A stretch of DNA of 62,417 nt, the filler included, from Nemertoderma westbladi (lineage: Eukaryota; Animalia; Xenacoelomorpha), in NCBI GenBank assembly GCA_032718475.1. It is 4 parts of 4 records of this genome, joined end to end, with 100 filler letters (N's around TTAATTAATTAA, not from the genome) between each part and the next. Parts side by side here need not be neighbours in the genome. Positions count along the whole stretch, not along the records: positions 53,515 to 62,417 come from JAUCBJ010003937.1; 3 more parts are not named here. The stretch is one strand, 5' to 3'. This document shows, piece by piece, positions 58,312-62,417 of this stretch. The notes beneath the pieces are model-generated. The model did not search any database and had not been told where the DNA came from. It saw only the letters and a list, made by a program, of their open reading frames with translations. A program made the position numbers and the translations under genes. Within the stretch, counting starts at the first letter, position 1. Every line of letters begins with the position of its first letter.

Positions 58312-59259
58312 TTTTTGGATAATAGGAAAGTAGTCTGTGACTAGAGTAGCCGTAAATTTAATTAGATTATCTTTATTGCCTGCAAAGTAATAATAATATT
58401 ACTGTTGCAACCTCTTGTGAAATATGTAGGTCGATAAGATGTTACATTAAAAATATCTTTACATACTGTAGTTTGTGAAAGCGACTTCATATGCTAATCA
58501 ATGACTAAGTCGAAAGAGTTTAATTATCGCTTCTGTACCTCTACTAAAGCTTACGTATATCCTCCAGTCTTACACATTTCAAATATTTTGTTCCAGATAG
58601 TGTGTGTGTGTTGATTCATGCAATCAAAATACAACCATTTCCTGGAGAAAATCGAAAACCACTAAAATACCACCTTTTTATTTGCGTAAACATATCAACC
58701 ACTTAATTTACTAATATTAACTGACAATACAATCCGTTAGTGAACTATTTTACAATTACGTTTCACCAACTGCTATAGTTGTGTTTCGGCAACTCGTAGT
58801 TGCATTTCGGCGAACTGAAGTCGCGTTTTTTTGAATATTTTGTTGAATGCACTACTGCCTTCAGAAATGAAACTGAAACAAAACCTAACATAAATTTTGG
58901 TGCTTGTTCAAGGGGCCTAATGATGATTCCGCTAACAAGTGGATGTAGACTTCCACGAAAGGTGTATAGCCAGCCCTAACTCTGATTTTATGGATCAGAC
59001 ATAATAACAATAACATTCGTTTATTGTTGGTTTGTGTAGGCCTCCGCGGTAATAGTCAGTAGTGTTGGAGTTGGTGTTGGTAAACTAATGTAGAATGATA
59101 ATGTGAAAGGTAATGAGGCAAAGGTAATAAATAACTGATTTGCTCTGCCCTAAATGTTGATACAATGCGATGGTGACGTTGAGATTCCACCTATCTCTAT
59201 ACTGTAGACTCTATACAGTATCCAGACCATCCAGTCACCAGTTGGCCTTTGTTTACGAG

Positions 59260-59484
59260 TTAACGAAACGCATCTATCAGTTGCCGAAACGCATCTATCA
59301 GTTTGCCTAAGCGCATCCTGTTAACAGTTGCCGACTATCAGTTGTCGAAATGAATCTATGAGTTGCCGAAATGCATCACTCAGTTGCCGAAACTCAACCT
59401 TGTTACCATGTTGCCGAAACGCGACTGAGTTGCCGAAACGTGGCTCGAACGATACTATCAGTTGCCGAAACGCTACAACACCGT
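59260..59484. repeat. Cluster of agttgccgaaac(g) motifs, with inverted copies at ~58760-58815; likely subterminal repeats of a decayed DNA transposon
   Basis: About 8 direct copies, plus gtttcggcaact in the opposite orientation upstream. Confidence 0.6.
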
Positions 59485-60999
59485 ATACTGGTGTAACTAA
59501 TGCATATTGAATTTTTGATAGGCTTTAGATTAATTCTAATTCTTGAATATATTATGCATGCTCGTTTAACGTATGGTATAGTTTATTGTTTTGGTTAGAA
59601 AATCCTCTGTAACTTGATCCTTTCCTTTTTCCCTTATAATTATCAATTCGCTTATTGTTTTCATTAGAAAATTTTGCCTCTGAAACCTGTTCTATTCCCT
59701 CAATTGGTAGTAACGATAACGTTTATTATTTTGGTTAGAAACGACTGACTCTGTAATCGGCAACTTTTCCCTTAATTAAGGTACAGTGAGTACCGTTTTT
59801 CGTCTCGTATAGTTTGTAGTCTAGCACTCAACCTGTGTGGTGGAACTGAGATTTACGCCCATGTGAAGAATACCAGGATTTCACTTTTCGGTCGACTTTT
59901 TATTGGTATTTTATATATGAAGATTTTTTATTTTTATAAATTTATCTTTATTAGGTGTTTCTGTCTTATAACCTGTAGTTATCCTACTTTGTTTATTGTT
60001 TTGGTTAGATTCAGCCCTTCTGTAACCTGTGCTTTTGGTGAAAACCTGGTATTCTTCACATGGGGGTAACTGCAAAGTGAAATATAACGGCAGAATGTCT
60101 GGTATTCTTCACATGGACCACTAATTTGCTTGCGGATTTTGCCCCCCTGGTCAAAAAATGTCGGGGGACATTTTCGCCTGTCATACAGGATGAGAAATGT
60201 AATGTCTGGGATCTGAGCGTAAGCAGTACTAATATATAGCAAGGCGTCATACCACCGGTTCGAAATTGTGCATACAAGTACAGAACGTAATGAATTCTAA
60301 GAGATGTGAGTGAAATCTTTTGCAGCCCCCATTGAAAGCTGGGTGGTATGAGGTTGTTCGTTTTCTTTAGATTCCTAGTCTCCATTAAACAACCCAAAGA
60401 GCCAATTGGAATTGTGCTCCTCTGTCGCTTATGATAATTCGAGGTACATCACATCAAAGCCTCAGATCCATGCATGAATTAACGCACAGGCATCAATTAC
60501 TGCTGTTTATAATACAAATTGGGGTAAATTTTATCCAATGAGTTAAACGATACAAAATAGTCACTATATATTTGCCTGCAAACACACTGCATATATGCAG
60601 TGTATAAAATTTGGAATAGATTGAACTGGTGCTTTTGTTTGCAGAGTTATTTTAAACGATTGATAATACAATTATTCTTTATCCCACTATAGAAACCTAA
60701 TCTCACTGTTAATGCCGGTCCAAATATTATATCGTGCCTTCACTATCGTTACTGATGATATCGGTGTGACAAATCATGAAGTTGTCTGTATATTTTGTAA
60801 CGTAATTGCGTAGGTAGATTCATCACACCAAAGTATGTTTCCACCTACAGGTAATTTTTCTATTGACAGACTTGATTGTGTTCTTTCCCCGGGCTAGAAA
60901 ACGCATCCGAAACAAGTTTTCTGATCGTCGTAAATAATGTAGTGCAATTACTGGAATACTTTAATGTGAAGGAAAACCATCGAGTGTGTTGCGGTAAAA

Positions 61000-61070
61000 G
61001 GGGTTGCAGGTTCGAGCCCCGCCAGGGTCCACTCAGCCTTTCGTCCACTAGAGTCGATAAAATGAGTTGG
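61000..61070 (+). mobile_element. MetaSINE-like fragment (B-box plus Meta core)
   Basis: ggttcgagccc followed by actcagcctttcgtccactagagtcgataaaatgagt. Confidence 0.65.
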
Positions 61071-61160
61071 TCTTTTTGTAAACACCAAGAAGACTACAAT
61101 TTAGACAGTGAACTTTGGCAGCCCATAGGAAATGTCAGGTCGCATTAGCATAAGCACCAG

Positions 61161-61700
61161 GGATGGCATGCATGAGCATGTTGTTGACTTCTGCTACTTG
61201 GGATCATTGATCCGGAAGTTAGGTGCAGACCTTCGGATATGTAAGGGGAAGGCATGGACAGAATTTAATACTTTGTCCAGGATTTGGAAGTCCCATGGAA
61301 TATAACGGAATCTCTAGGTTCGATTATTTAGTGTATCAGTAGAACCAGTACTCCTATATGGGAGACCATGCTAGGCTCTAACTGCTGACGAAACCAAATC
61401 TACGGATAGCACTTGTATAACAAAGCTACGCCCGTTATTGTGTCAAGCACAATGAGTTACTCTTGAAGGGAGCCTCCTCCGCTTTAGAGGACATTGCTTT
61501 AGCCGTGAGCACCAGCCGGTGCACAATCTTGTGCTTTGCCGGCCTCATGGGGTGAAAAATCAAAGCATGGTGGAGCGCCCATGTTCTTGAGGCGCTTCTT
61601 AAAGGACACTGACCTTAAAGATGCGGATGATCTAGCAAATATCATTGTGATAGGGCGTTGTGGAGGCGCAACTTTGACTACAAGCCGGCAATGCATTCTT
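61161..61700 (+). mobile_element. Degenerate RTE-like LINE 3' fragment
   Basis: Collinear with ~29732-30300 (gagcatg...gacttctg.tac...atccggaagt...aggatttggaagtc...gatgcggatgatctagcaaat). Confidence 0.9.
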
Positions 61701-62152
61701 TATCAGTTTATCTTCATTTTCTTACTCCTTTTCCCTGTGCTGACCTTTTTATCTAACTCTCAATCACCCATTTCTGCACTTATTGGAAAATGGGAAATGG
61801 TAGATAAACAGTGGGCCTATAAGATTAAATTACTTTGATCTGGAGCTGTCTTAAGGGTATGATCTGCTTCTCCTTTCTGGAGAACGAGATCTTTTGCCAT
61901 TTTTTTCATTTTGGTTCTGTTCTCATTGTTCTTATTTCCGTTGAAATTTGGTTAATTTGGTTTTTTTATATTCAATGGCGCACATGGTTGATTTCATACT
62001 TGACTGCTCTATCATTTTGTCTGCTATAGTGGCCAACTTATCTACAGGTAGTAATGACCCAATAACTATTTGAATCGGCTCTGTAGGAATTTCTAACAAC
62101 GTATCCGAACACCATTTTCACTTCCGTGTGTAAGACGTTAAATGTGACGCAT

Positions 62153-62301
62153 GGCTTGCGATCTACTACGTACTAGGATCGGCATGCTGCATTGCAGCTG
62201 AATTTTTAAGAATGATGTGCCGGCTTGCGATCTACTACGTACTAGGATCGGCATGCTGCATTGCAGCTGAATTTTTAAGAATGATGTGCCGGCTTGCGAT
62301 C
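62153..62301 (-). mobile_element. Two tandem 69-bp copies of the RTE-like 3' terminus
   Basis: Reverse complement of caagccggcac...cattcttaaaaa...gcagcatgccgatcctagta, period 69. Confidence 0.88.
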
Positions 62302-62417
62302 GCTAAGACTTTGCTCACCAAGTAATGTGTGCAGCCTATTATCATCACTCTAGCCAGATGTCTAACAATGTCTGCCTTTATTTCTCAGTAAGGTTAATTT
62401 CACACAGTTATATTCTC

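Overview
AT-rich animal (probably invertebrate) genomic scaffold with three 100-nt N gaps carrying a TTAATTAATTAA spacer. Host genes: intronless maspardin (SPG21), an intronless SLC5 Na+/solute symporter, five phase-compatible exons of an FBF1-like gene, an intronless nAChR-like pentameric channel lacking both Cys-loop cysteines, and two exons of an unidentified minus-strand gene, one carrying an in-frame 16-aa repeat expansion. The main accessory element is a partial endogenous Polinton/Maverick (adintovirus-like) at ~43.2-50.9 kb. It has an AGTAGT terminus, a RING protein, an A32-like packaging ATPase, a pX-like core protein, an rve integrase, two tandem penton-like genes (one split by a TIR transposon) and a pVII-like protein. 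No pPolB, major capsid or protease gene is visible. Other content: a near full-length RTE-like LINE and fragments, CR1/L2 and BEL/Pao remnants, MITEs, tRNA-derived SINEs, several minisatellites, and frequent TA-flanked motifs resembling transposon excision footprints. All calls come from reading motifs by eye; no searches were run.
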